Shown one piece after another: positions 29,101 through 41,300 of a DNA stretch of 64,000 nt. The notes under the pieces are model-generated. The model saw only the letters and a list, made by a program, of their open reading frames with translations. It did not search any database and was not told the origin of the DNA. The DNA comes from Eledone cirrhosa (Eukaryota): the NCBI GenBank assembly GCA_964016885.1, contig OZ024758.1, forward strand, positions 36,208,001-36,272,000, in the 5' to 3' direction. The translations under genes and the position numbers were made by a program. Positions within the stretch are counted from its first letter, which is position 1; every line of letters begins with the position of its first letter.

Positions 29101-32100
29101 AAGTAACTCCACTGTTGGTGAGAATTCATTTAAGTTCATGGTATTAGCTGTCAGAAGTAACTCCACTGTTGGTGAGAATTCATTTAATTTCATGGTATTA
29201 GCTGTCAGAAGTAACTCCACTGTTGGTGAGAATTCATTTAAGTTCATGGTACTAGCTGTCAGAAGTAACTCCAATGTTGGTGAGAATTCATTTAAGTTCA
29301 TGGTATTAGCTGTCAGAAGTAACTCCACTGTTGGTGAGAATTCATTTAAGTCATGGTATTAGCTGTCAGAAGTAACTCCACTGTTGGTGAGAATTCATTT
29401 AAGTTCATGGTATTAGCTGTCAGAAGGAACTCCACTGTTGGTGAGAATTCATTTAAGTTCATGGTACTAGCTGTCAGAAGTAACTCCAATGTTGGTGAGA
29501 ATTCATTTAAGTTCATGGTATTAGCTGTCAGAAGTAACTCCACTGTTGGTGAGAATTCATTTAAGTTCATGGTATTAGCTGTCAGAAGTAACTCCACTGT
29601 TGGTGAGAATTCATTTACGTTCATGGTATTAGTTTGTCAGAAGTAACTCCACTGTTGGTGAGAATTCATTTAAGTCATTGTATTAGTTGTCAGAAGTAAC
29701 TCCAATGTTGGTGAGAATTCATTTAAGTTCATGGTAATAGCTGTCAGAAGTAACTCCACTGTTGGTGAGAATTCATTTAAGTCATGGTATTAGCTGTCAG
29801 AAGTAACTCCAATGTTGGTGAGAATTCATTTAAGTCATGGTACTAGCTGTCAGAAGTCACTCCACTGTTGGTGAGAATTCATTTAAGTTCATGGTACTAG
29901 CTGTCAGAAATAACCCCAATGTTGGTGAGAATTCATTTAAGTTCATGGTATTAGCTGTCAGAAGTCACTCCAATGTTGGTGAGAATTCATTTAAGTTCAT
30001 GGTATTAGCTGTCAGAAGTAACTCCACTGTTGGTGAGAATTCATTTAAGTCATGGTATTAGCTGTCAGAAGTAACTCCACTGTTGGTGAGAATTCATTTA
30101 AGTTCATGGTATTAGCTGTCAGAAGGAACTCCACTGTTGGTGAGAATTCATTTAAGTTCATGGTACTAGCTGTCAGAAGTAACTCCACTGTTGGTGAGAA
30201 TTCATTTAATTTCATGGTATTAGCTGTCAGAAGTAACTCCACTGTTGGTGAGAATTCATTTAAGTTCATGGTGCTAGCTGTCAGAAGTAACTCCAATGTT
30301 GGTGAGAATTCATTTAAGTTCATGGTATTAGCTGTCAGAAGTAACTCCACTGTTGGTGAGAATTCATTTAAGTCATGGTATTAGCTGTCAGAAGTAACTC
30401 CACTGTTGGTGAGAATTCATTTAAGTTCATGGTATTAGCTGTCAGAAGTCACTCCAATGTTGGTGAGAATTCATTTAAGTTCATGGTACTAGCTGTCAGA
30501 AGTAACTCCAATGTTGGTGAGAATTCATTTAAGTTCATGGTATTAGCTGTCAGAAGGAACTCCACTGTTGCTGAGAATTCATTTAAGTTCATGGTATTAG
30601 CTGTCAGAAGTAACTCCACTGTTGGTGAGAATTCATTTAAGTTCATGGTGCTAGCTGTCAGAAGTAACTCCACTGTTGGTGAGAATTCATTTAAGTTCAT
30701 GGTATTAGCTGTCAGAAGTAACTCCACTGTTGGTGAGAATTCATTTAAGTTCATGGTATTAGCTGACAGAAGTCACTCCACTGTTGGTGAGGATTCATTT
30801 AAGTTCATGGTACTAGCTGTCAGAAGTAACTCCAATGTTGGTGAGAATTCATTTAAATTCATGGTATTAGCTGTCAGAAGTAACTCCACTGTTGGTGAGA
30901 ATTCATTTAAGTTCATGGTATTAGCTGTCAGAAGTAACTCCACTGTTGGTGAGAATTCATTTAAGTTCATGGTATTAGCTGTCAGAAGTATCTCCACTGT
31001 TGGTGAGAATTCATTTAAGTTCATGGTACTAGCTGTCAGAAGTAACTCCAATGTTGGTGAGAATTCATTTAAGTTCATGGTATTAGCTGTCAGAAGTAAC
31101 TCCACTGTTGGTGAGAATTCATTTAAGTCATGGTATTAGCTGTCAGAAGTAACTCCACTGTTGGTGAGAATTCATTTAAGTTCATGGTATTAGCTGTCAG
31201 AAGTAACTCCACTGTTGGTGAGAATTCATTTAAGTCATGGTATTAGCTGTCAGAAGTAACTCCACTGTTGGTGAGAATTCATTTAAGTTCATGGTATTAG
31301 CTGTCAGAAGTAACTCCACTGTTGGTGAGAATTCATTTAAGTTCATGGTATTAGCTGTCAGAAGTAACTCCACTGTTGGTGAGAATTCATTTAAGTTCAT
31401 GGTATTAGTTTGTCAGAAGTAACTCCACTGTTGGTGAGAATTCATTTAAGTCATGGTATTAGTTGTCAGAAGTAACTCCAATGTTGGTGAGAATTCATTT
31501 AAGTTCATGGTACTAGCTGTCAGAAGTAACTCCACTGTTGGTGAGAATTCATTTAAGTCATGGTACTAGCTGTCAGAAGTAACTCCAATGTTGGTGAGAA
31601 TTCATTTAAGTCATGGTATTAGCTGTCAGAAGTAACTCCACTGTTGGTGAGAATTCATTTAAGTTCATGGTATTAGCTGTCAGAAGTAACTCCACTGTTG
31701 GTGAGAATTCATTTAAGTTCATGGTATTAGTTTGTCAGAAGTAACTCCACTGTTGGTGAGAATTCATTTAAGTCATGGTATTAGTTGTCAGAAGTAACTC
31801 CAATGTTGGTGAGAATTCATTTAAGTTCATGGTACTAGCTGTCAGAAGTAACTCCACTGTTGGTGAGAATTCATTTAAGTTCATGGTAATAGCTGTCAGA
31901 AGTAACTCCACTGTTGGTGAGAATTCATTTAAGTCATGGTATTAGCTGTCAGAAGTAACTCCAATGTTGGTGAGAATTCATTTAAGTCATGGTACTAGCT
32001 GTCAGAAGTAACCCCAATGTTGGTGAGAATTCATTTAAGTTCATGGTATTAGCTGTCAGAAGTCACTCCAATGTTGGTGAGAATTCATTTAAGTTCATGG

Positions 32101-32360
32101 TATTAGCTGTCAGAAGTAACTCCACTGTTGGTAAGAATTCATTTAAGTTCATGGTATTAGCTGTCAGAAGTAACTCCACTGTTGGTGAGAATTCATTTAA
32201 GTTCATGGTATTAGCTGTCAGAAGGAACGCCACTGTTGGTGAGAATTCATTTAAGTTCATGGTATTAGCTGTCAGAAGTAACTCCACTGTTGGTGAGAAT
32301 TCATTTAAGTTCATGCTACTAGCTGTCAGAAGTAACTCCTATGTTGGTGAGAATTCATTT
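19079..32360 (+). repeat. Four related higher-order units with periods 3872, 3497 and 3927 bp (72, 65, 73 monomers)
   Basis: Homologous blocks start at 19079/22951/26448/30375 (GCTGAC...GAGGATTC, GTTGCTGAG, GGTGCTAG), 19941/23813/27310/31237 and 20693/24565/28062/31989 (GGTAAGAA, ATGCTACT...TCCTATG). Confidence 0.9.
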
Positions 32361-35300
32361 AAGTTCATGGTATTAGCTGTCAGAAGGAACTCCACTGTTG
32401 CTGAGAATTCATTTAAGTTCATGGTATTAGCTGTCAGAAGTAACTCCACTGTTGGTGAGAATTCATTTAAGTTCATGGTGCTAGCTGTCAGAAGTAACTC
32501 CACTGTTGGTGAGAATTCATTTAAGTTCATGGTATTAGCTGTCAGAAGTAACTCCACTGTTGGTGAGAATTCATTTAAGTTCATGGTATTAGCTGACAGA
32601 AGTCACTCCACTGTTGGTGAGGATTCATTTAAGTTCATGGTACTAGCTGTCAGAAGTAACTCCAATGTTGGTGAGAATTCATTTAAATTCATGGTATTAG
32701 CTGTCAGAAGTAACTCCACTGTTGGTGAGAATTCATTTAAGTTCATGGTATTAGCTGTCAGAAGTAACTCCACTGTTGGTGAGAATTCATTTAAGTTCAT
32801 GGTATTAGCTGTCAGAAGTAACTCCACTGTTGGTGAGAATTCATTTAAGTTCATGGTACTAGCTGTCAGAAGTAACTCCAATGTTGGTGAGAATTCATTT
32901 AAGTTCATGGTATTAGCTGTCAGAAGTAACTCCACTGTTGGTGAGAATTCATTTAAGTCATGGTATTAGCTGTCAGAAGTAACTCCACTGTTGGTGAGAA
33001 TTCATTTAGGTTCATGGTATTAGCTGTCAGAAGTAACTCCACTGTTGGTGAGAATTCATTTAAGTCATGGTATTAGCTGTCAGAAGTAACTCCACTGTTG
33101 GTGAGAATTCATTTAAGTTCATGGTATTAGCTGTCAGAAGTAACTCCACTGTTGGTGAGAATTCATTTAAGTTCATGGTATTAGCTGTCAGAAGTAACTC
33201 CACTGTTGGTGAGAATTCATTTAAGTTCATGGTATTAGTTTGTCAGAAGTAACTCCACTGTTGGTGAGAATTCATTTAAGTCATGGTATTAGTTGTCAGA
33301 AGTAACTCCACTGTTGGTGAGAATTCATTTAAGTCATGGTATTAGCTGTCAGAAGTAACTCCACTGTTGGTGAGAATTCATTTAAGTTCATGGTACTAGC
33401 TGTCAGAAGTAACTCCACTGTTGGTGAGAATTCATTTAAGTCATGGTACTAGCTGTCAGAAGTAACTCCAATGTTGGTGAGAATTCATTTAAGTTCTTGG
33501 TATTAGCTGTCAGAAGGAACTCCACTGTTGGTGAGAATTCATTTAAGTTCATGGTATTAGCTGTCAGAAGTAACTCCACTGTTGGTGAGAATTCATTTAA
33601 GTTCATGGTATTAGCTGTCAGAAGTAACTCCACTGTTGGTGAGAATTCATTTAAGTTCATGGTACTAGCTGTCAGAAGTAACTCCAATGTTGGTGAGAAT
33701 TCATTTAAGTTCATGGTATTAGCTGTCAGAAGTAACTCCACTGTTGGTGAGAATTCAGTTAAGCCATGGTATTAGCTGTCAGAAGTAACTCCAATGTTGG
33801 TGAGAATTCATTTAAGTTCATGGTATTAGCTGTCAGAAGTAACTCCACTGTTGGTGAGAATTCATTTAAGTTCATGGTATTAGCTGTCAGAAGTAACTCC
33901 ACTGTTGGTGAGAATTCATTTAAGTTCATGGTACTAGCTGTCAGAAGTAACTCCACTGTTGGTGAGAATTCATTTAAGTTCATGGTATTAGTTTGTCAGA
34001 AGTAACTCCACTGTTGGTGAGAATTCATTTAAGTCATGGTATTAGTTGTCAGAAGTAACTCCAATGTTGGGGAGAATTCATTTAAGTTCATGGTACTAGC
34101 TGTCAGAAGTAAATCCACTGTTGGTGAGAATTCATTTAAGTTCATGGTATTAGCTGTCAGAAGTAACTCCACTGTTGGTGAGAATTCATTTAAGTCATGG
34201 TATTAGCTGTCAGAAGTAACTCCAATGTTGGTGAGAATTCATTTAAGTCATGGTACTAGCTGTCAGAAGTAACTCCAATGTTGGTGAGAATTCATTTAAG
34301 TTCATGGTATTAGCTGTCAGAAGTAACTCCACTGTTGGTGAGAATTCGTTTAAGTTCATGGTATTAGCTGTCAGAAGTAACTCCACTGTTGGTGAGAATT
34401 CATTTAAGTTCATGGTATTAGCTGTCAGAAGTAACTCCACTGTTGGTGAGAATTCATTTAAGTTCATGGTATTAGCTGTCAGAAGTAACTCCACTGTTGG
34501 TGAGAATTCATTTAAGTTCATGGTATTAGCTGTCAGAAGGAACTCCAATGTTGGTGAGAATTCATTTAAGTCATGGTACTAGCTGTCAGAAGTAACTCCA
34601 CTGTTGGTGAGAATTCATTTAAGTTCATGGTATTAGCTGTCAGAAGGAACGCCACTGTTGGTGAGAATTCATTTAAGTTCATGGTATTAGCTGTCAGAAG
34701 TAACTCCACTGTTGGTGAGAATTCATTTAAGTTCATGGTACTAGCTGTCAGAAGTAACTCCAATGTTGGTGAGAATTCAATTAAGTTCATGGTATTAGCT
34801 GTCAGAAGGAACTCCACTGTTGCTGAGAATTCATTTAAGTTCATGGTATTAGCTGTCAGAAGTAACTCCACTGTTGGTGAGAATTCATTTAAGTTCATGG
34901 TACTAGCTGTCAGAAGTAACTCCACTGTTGGTGAGAATTCATTTAAGTTCATGGTATTAGCTGTCAGAAGTCACTCCAATGTTGGTGAGAATTCATTTAG
35001 GTTCATGGTATTAGCTGTCAGAAGTCACTCCACTGTTGGTGAGAATTCATTTTAGTTCATGGTACTAGCTGGCAGAAGTAAGCCCAATGTTGGTGAGAAT
35101 TCATTTAAGTTCATGGTATTAGCTGTCAGAAGTCACTCCAATGTTGGTGAGAATTCATTTAAGTTCATGGTATTAGCTGTCAGAAGTAACTCCACTGTTG
35201 GTGAGAATTCATTTATGTTCATGGTATTAGTTTGTCAGAAGTAACTCCACTGTTGGTGAGAATTCATTTAAGTCATGGTATTAGTTGTCAGAAGAACTCC

Positions 35301-38300
35301 AATGTTGGTGAGAATTCATTTAAGTTCATGGTATTAGCTGTCAGAAGGAACTCCACTGTTGGTGAGAATTCATTTAAGTTCATGGTATTAGCTGTCAGAA
35401 GGAACTCCAATGTTGGTGAGAATTCATTTAAGTCATGGTACTAGCTGTCAGAAGTAACTCCACTGTTGGTGAGAATTCATTTAAGTTCATGGTATTAGCT
35501 GTCAGAAGTAACTCCACTGTTGGTGAGAATTCATTTAAGTCATGGTATTAGCTGTCAGAAGTAACTCCATTGTTGGTGAGAATTCAATTAAGTCATGGTA
35601 CTAGCTGTCAGAAGTAACTCCAATGTTGGTGAGAATTCATTTAAGTTCATGTTATTAGCTGTCAGAAGGAACTCCACTGTTGGTGAGAATTCATTTAAGT
35701 TCATGGTATTAGCTGTCAGAAGTAACTCCACTGTTGGTGAGAATTCATTTAAGTTCATGGTATTAGCTGTCAGAAGTAACTGCACCGTTGGTGAGAATTC
35801 ATTTAAGTTCATGGTACTAGCTGTCAGAAGTAACTCCAATGTTGGTGAGAATTCATTTAAGTTCATGGTATTAGCTGTCAGAAGTAACTCCACTGTTGGT
35901 GAGAATTCATTTAAGTTCATGGTATTAGCTGTCAGAAGTAACTCCACTGTTGGTGAGAATTCATTTAAGTTCATGGTATTAGCTGTCAGAAGTAACTCCA
36001 CTGTTGGTGAGAATTCATTTAAGTTCATGGTACTAGCTGTCAGAAGTAACTCCAATGTTGGTGAGAATTCATTTAAGTTCATGGTATTAGCTGTCAGAAG
36101 TAACTCCACTGTTGGTGAGAATTCATTTAAGTCATGGTATTAGCTGTCAGAAGTAACTCCACTGTTGGTGAGAATTCATTTAAGTTCATGGTATTAGCTG
36201 TCAGAAGTAACTCCACTGTTGGTGAGAATTCATTTAAGTTCATGGTACTAGCTGTCAGAAGTAACTCCAATGTTGGTGAGAATTCATTTAAGTTCATGGT
36301 ATTAGCTGTCAGAAGTAACTCCACTGTTGGTGAGAATTCATTTAAGTCATGGTATTAGCTGTCAGAAGTAACTCCACTGTTGGTGAGAATTCATTTAAGT
36401 TCATGGTATTAGCTGTCAGAAGTAACTCCACTGTTGGTGAGAATTCATTTAAGTTCATGGTACTAGCTGTCAGAAGTAACTCCACTGTTGGTGAGAATTC
36501 ATTTAAGTTCATGGTAATAGCTGTCAGAAGTAACTCCACTGTTGGTGAGAATTCATTTAAGTCATGGTATTAGCTGTCAGAAGTAACTCCAATGTTGGTG
36601 AGAATTCATTTAAGTCATGGTACTAGCTGTCAGAAGTAACTCCAATGTTGGTGAGAATTCATTTAAGTTCATGGTATTAGCTGTCAGAAGTAACTCCACT
36701 GTTGGTGAGAATTCATTTAAGTTCATGGTATTAGCTGTCAGAAGTAACTCCACTGTTGGTGAGAATTCATTTAAGTCATGGTATTAGCTGTCAGAAGTAA
36801 CTCCAATGTTGGTGAGAATTCATTTAAGTTCATGGTATTAGCTGTCAGAAGTCACTCCACTGTTGGTGAGAATTCATTTAAGTCATGGTATTAGCTGTCA
36901 GAAGTAACTCCATTGTTGGTGAGAATTCAATTAAGTCATGGTACTAGCTGTCAGAAGTAACTCCAATGTTGGTGAGAATTCATTTAAGTTCATGTTATTA
37001 GCTGTCAGAAGGAACTCCACTGTTGGTGAGAATTCATTTAAGTTCATGGTATTAGCTGTCAGAAGTAACTCCACTGTTGGTGAGAATTCATTTAAGTTCA
37101 TGGTATTAGCTGTCAGAAGTAACTCCACTGTTGGTGAGAATTCATTTAAGTTCATGGTACTAGCTGTCAGAAGTAACTCCAATGTTGGTGAGAATTCATT
37201 TAAGTTCATGGTATTAGCTGTCAGAAGTAACTCCACTGTTGGTGAGAATTCATTTAAGTCATGGTATTAGCTGTCAGAAGTAACTCCACTGTTGGTGAGA
37301 ATTCATTTAAGTTCATGGTATTAGCTGTCAGAAGTAACTCCACTGTTGGTGAGAATTCATTTAAGTTCATGGTACTAGCTGTCAGAAGTAACTCCAATGT
37401 TGGTGAGAATTCATTTAAGTTCATGGTATTAGCTGTCAGAAGTAACTCCACTGTTGGTGAGAATTAATTTAAGTCATGGTATTAGTTGTCAGAAGTAACG
37501 CCAATGTTGGTGAGAATTCATTTAAGTTCATGGTACTAGCTGTCAGAAGTAACTCCACTGTTGGTGAGAATTCATTTAAGTTCATGGTAATAGCTGTCAG
37601 AAGTAACTCCACTGTTGGTGAGAATTCATTTAAGTCATGGTATTAGCTGTCAGAAGTAACTCCAATGTTGGTGAGAATTCATTTAAGTCATGGTACTAGC
37701 TGTCAGAAGTAACTCCAATGTTGGTGAGAATTCATTTAAGTTCATGGTATTAGCTGTCAGAAGTAACTCCACTGTTGGTGAGAATTCATTTAAGTTCATG
37801 GTATTAGCTGTCAGAAGTAACTCCACTGTTGGTGAGAATTCATTTAAGTCATGGTATTAGCTGTCAGAAGTAACTCCACTGTTGGTGAGAATTCATTTAA
37901 GTTCATGGTATTAGCTGTCAGAAGTAACTCCACTGTTGGTGAGAATTCATTTAAGTTCATGGTACTAGCTGTCAGAAGTAACTCCACTGTTGGTGAGAAT
38001 TCATTTAAGTTCATGGTAATAGCTGTCAGAAGTAACTCCACTGTTGGTGAGAATTCATTTAAGTCATGGTATTAGCTGTCAGAAGTAACTCCAATGTTGG
38101 TGAGAATTCATTTAAGTCATGGTACTAGCTGTCAGAAGTAACTCCAATGTTGGTGAGAATTCATTTAAGTTCATGGTATTAGCTGTCAGAAGTAACTCCA
38201 CTGTTGGTGAGAATTCATTTAAGTTCATGGTATTAGCTGTCAGAAGTAACTCCACTGTTGGTGAGAATTCATTTAAGTCATGGTATTAGCTGTCAGAAGT

Positions 38301-41300
38301 AACTCCAATGTTGGTGAGAATTCATTTAAGTTCATGGTATTAGCTGTCAGAAGTCACTCCACTGTTGGTGAGAATTCATTTAAGTCATGGTATTAGCTGT
38401 CAGAAGTAACTCCATTGTTGGTGAGAATTCAATTAAGTCATGGTACTAGCTGTCAGAAGTAACTCCAATGTTGGTGAGAATTCATTTAAGTTCATGTTAT
38501 TAGCTGTCAGAAGGAACTCCACTGTTGGTGAGAATTCATTTAAGTTCATGGTATTAGCTGTCAGAAGTAACTCCACTGTTGGTGAGAATTCATTTAAGTT
38601 CATGGTATTAGCTGTCAGAAGTAACTCCACTGTTGGTGAGAATTCATTTAAGTTCATGGTACTAGCTGTCAGAAGTAACTCCACTGTTGGTGAGAATTCA
38701 TTTAAGTTCATGGTATTAGTTTGTCAGAAGTAACTCCACTGTTGGTGAGAATTCATTTAAGTCATGGTATTAGTTGTCAGAAGTAACTCCAATGTTGGTG
38801 AGAATTCATTTAAGTTCATGGTACTAGCTGTCAGAAGTAACTCCACTGTTGGTGAGAATTCATTTAAGTTCATGGTAATAGCTGTCAGAAGTAACTCCAC
38901 TGTTGGTGAGAATTCATTTAAGTCATGGTATTAGCTGTCAGAAGTAACTCCAATGTTGGTGAGAATTCATTTAAGTCATGGTACTAGCTGTCAGAAGTAA
39001 CCCCAATGTTGGTGAGAATTCATTTAAGTTCATGGTATTAGCTGTCAGAAGTCACTCCAATGTTGGTGAGAATTCATTTAAGTTCATGGTATTAGCTGTC
39101 AGAAGTAACTCCACTGTTGGTAAGAATTCATTTAAGTTCATGGTATTAGCTGTCAGAAGTAACTCCACTGTTGGTGAGAATTCATTTAAGTTCATGGTAT
39201 TAGCTGTCAGAAGGAACGCCACTGTTGGTGAGAATTCATTTAAGTTCATGGTATTAGCTGTCAGAAGTAACTCCACTGTTGGTGAGAATTCATTTAAGTT
39301 CATGCTACTAGCTGTCAGAAGTAACTCCTATGTTGGTGAGAATTCATTTAAGTTCATGGTATTAGCTGTCAGAAGGAACTCCACTGTTGCTGAGAATTCA
39401 TTTAAGTTCATGGTATTAGCTGTCAGAAGTAACTCCACTGTTGGTGAGAATTCATTTAAGTTCATGGTGCTAGCTGTCAGAAGTAACTCCACTGTTGGTG
39501 AGAATTCATTTAAGTTCATGGTATTAGCTGTCAGAAGTAACTCCACTGTTGGTGAGAATTCATTTAAGTTCATGGTATTAGCTGACAGAAGTCACTCCAC
39601 TGTTGGTGAGGATTCATTTAAGTTCATGGTACTAGCTGTCAGAAGTAACTCCAATGTTGGTGAGAATTCATTTAAATTCATGGTATTAGCTGTCAGAAGT
39701 AACTCCACTGTTGGTGAGAATTCATTTAAGTTCATGGTATTAGCTGTCAGAAGTAACTCCACTGTTGGTGAGAATTCATTTAAGTTCATGGTATTAGCTG
39801 TCAGAAGTAACTCCACTGTTGGTGAGAATTCATTTAAGTTCATGGTACTAGCTGTCAGAAGTAACTCCAATGTTGGTGAGAATTCATTTAAGTTCATGGT
39901 ATTAGCTGTCAGAAGTAACTCCACTGTTGGTGAGAATTCATTTAAGTCATGGTATTAGCTGTCAGAAGTAACTCCACTGTTGGTGAGAATTCATTTAGGT
40001 TCATGGTATTAGCTGTCAGAAGTAACTCCACTGTTGGTGAGAATTCATTTAAGTCATGGTATTAGCTGTCAGAAGTAACTCCACTGTTGGTGAGAATTCA
40101 TTTAAGTTCATGGTATTAGCTGTCAGAAGTAACTCCACTGTTGGTGAGAATTCATTTAAGTTCATGGTATTAGCTGTCAGAAGTAACTCCACTGTTGGTG
40201 AGAATTCATTTAAGTTCATGGTATTAGTTTGTCAGAAGTAACTCCACTGTTGGTGAGAATTCATTTAAGTCATGGTATTAGTTGTCAGAAGTAACTCCAC
40301 TGTTGGTGAGAATTCATTTAAGTCATGGTATTAGCTGTCAGAAGTAACTCCACTGTTGGTGAGAATTCATTTAAGTTCATGGTACTAGCTGTCAGAAGTA
40401 ACTCCACTGTTGGTGAGAATTCATTTAAGTCATGGTACTAGCTGTCAGAAGTAACTCCAATGTTGGTGAGAATTCATTTAAGTTCTTGGTATTAGCTGTC
40501 AGAAGGAACTCCACTGTTGGTGAGAATTCATTTAAGTTCATGGTATTAGCTGTCAGAAGTAACTCCACTGTTGGTGAGAATTCATTTAAGTTCATGGTAT
40601 TAGCTGTCAGAAGTAACTCCACTGTTGGTGAGAATTCATTTAAGTTCATGGTACTAGCTGTCAGAAGTAACTCCAATGTTGGTGAGAATTCATTTAAGTT
40701 CATGGTATTAGCTGTCAGAAGTAACTCCACTGTTGGTGAGAATTCATTTAAGTTCATGGTATTAGCTGTCAGAAGTAACTCCACTGTTGGTGAGAATTCA
40801 TTTAAGTTCATGGTATTAGCTGTCAGAAGTAACTCCACTGTTGGTGAGAATTCATTTAAGTTCATGGTACTAGCTGTCAGAAGTAACTCCACTGTTGGTG
40901 AGAATTCATTTAAGTTCATGGTATTAGTTTGTCAGAAGTAACTCCACTGTTGGTGAGAATTCATTTAAGTCATGGTATTAGTTGTCAGAAGTAACTCCAA
41001 TGTTGGGGAGAATTCATTTAAGTTCATGGTACTAGCTGTCAGAAGTAAATCCACTGTTGGTGAGAATTCATTTAAGTTCATGGTATTAGCTGTCAGAAGT
41101 AACTCCACTGTTGGTGAGAATTCATTTAAGTCATGGTATTAGCTGTCAGAAGTAACTCCAATGTTGGTGAGAATTCATTTAAGTCATGGTACTAGCTGTC
41201 AGAAGTAACTCCAATGTTGGTGAGAATTCATTTAAGTTCATGGTATTAGCTGTCAGAAGTAACTCCACTGTTGGTGAGAATTCGTTTAAGTTCATGGTAT

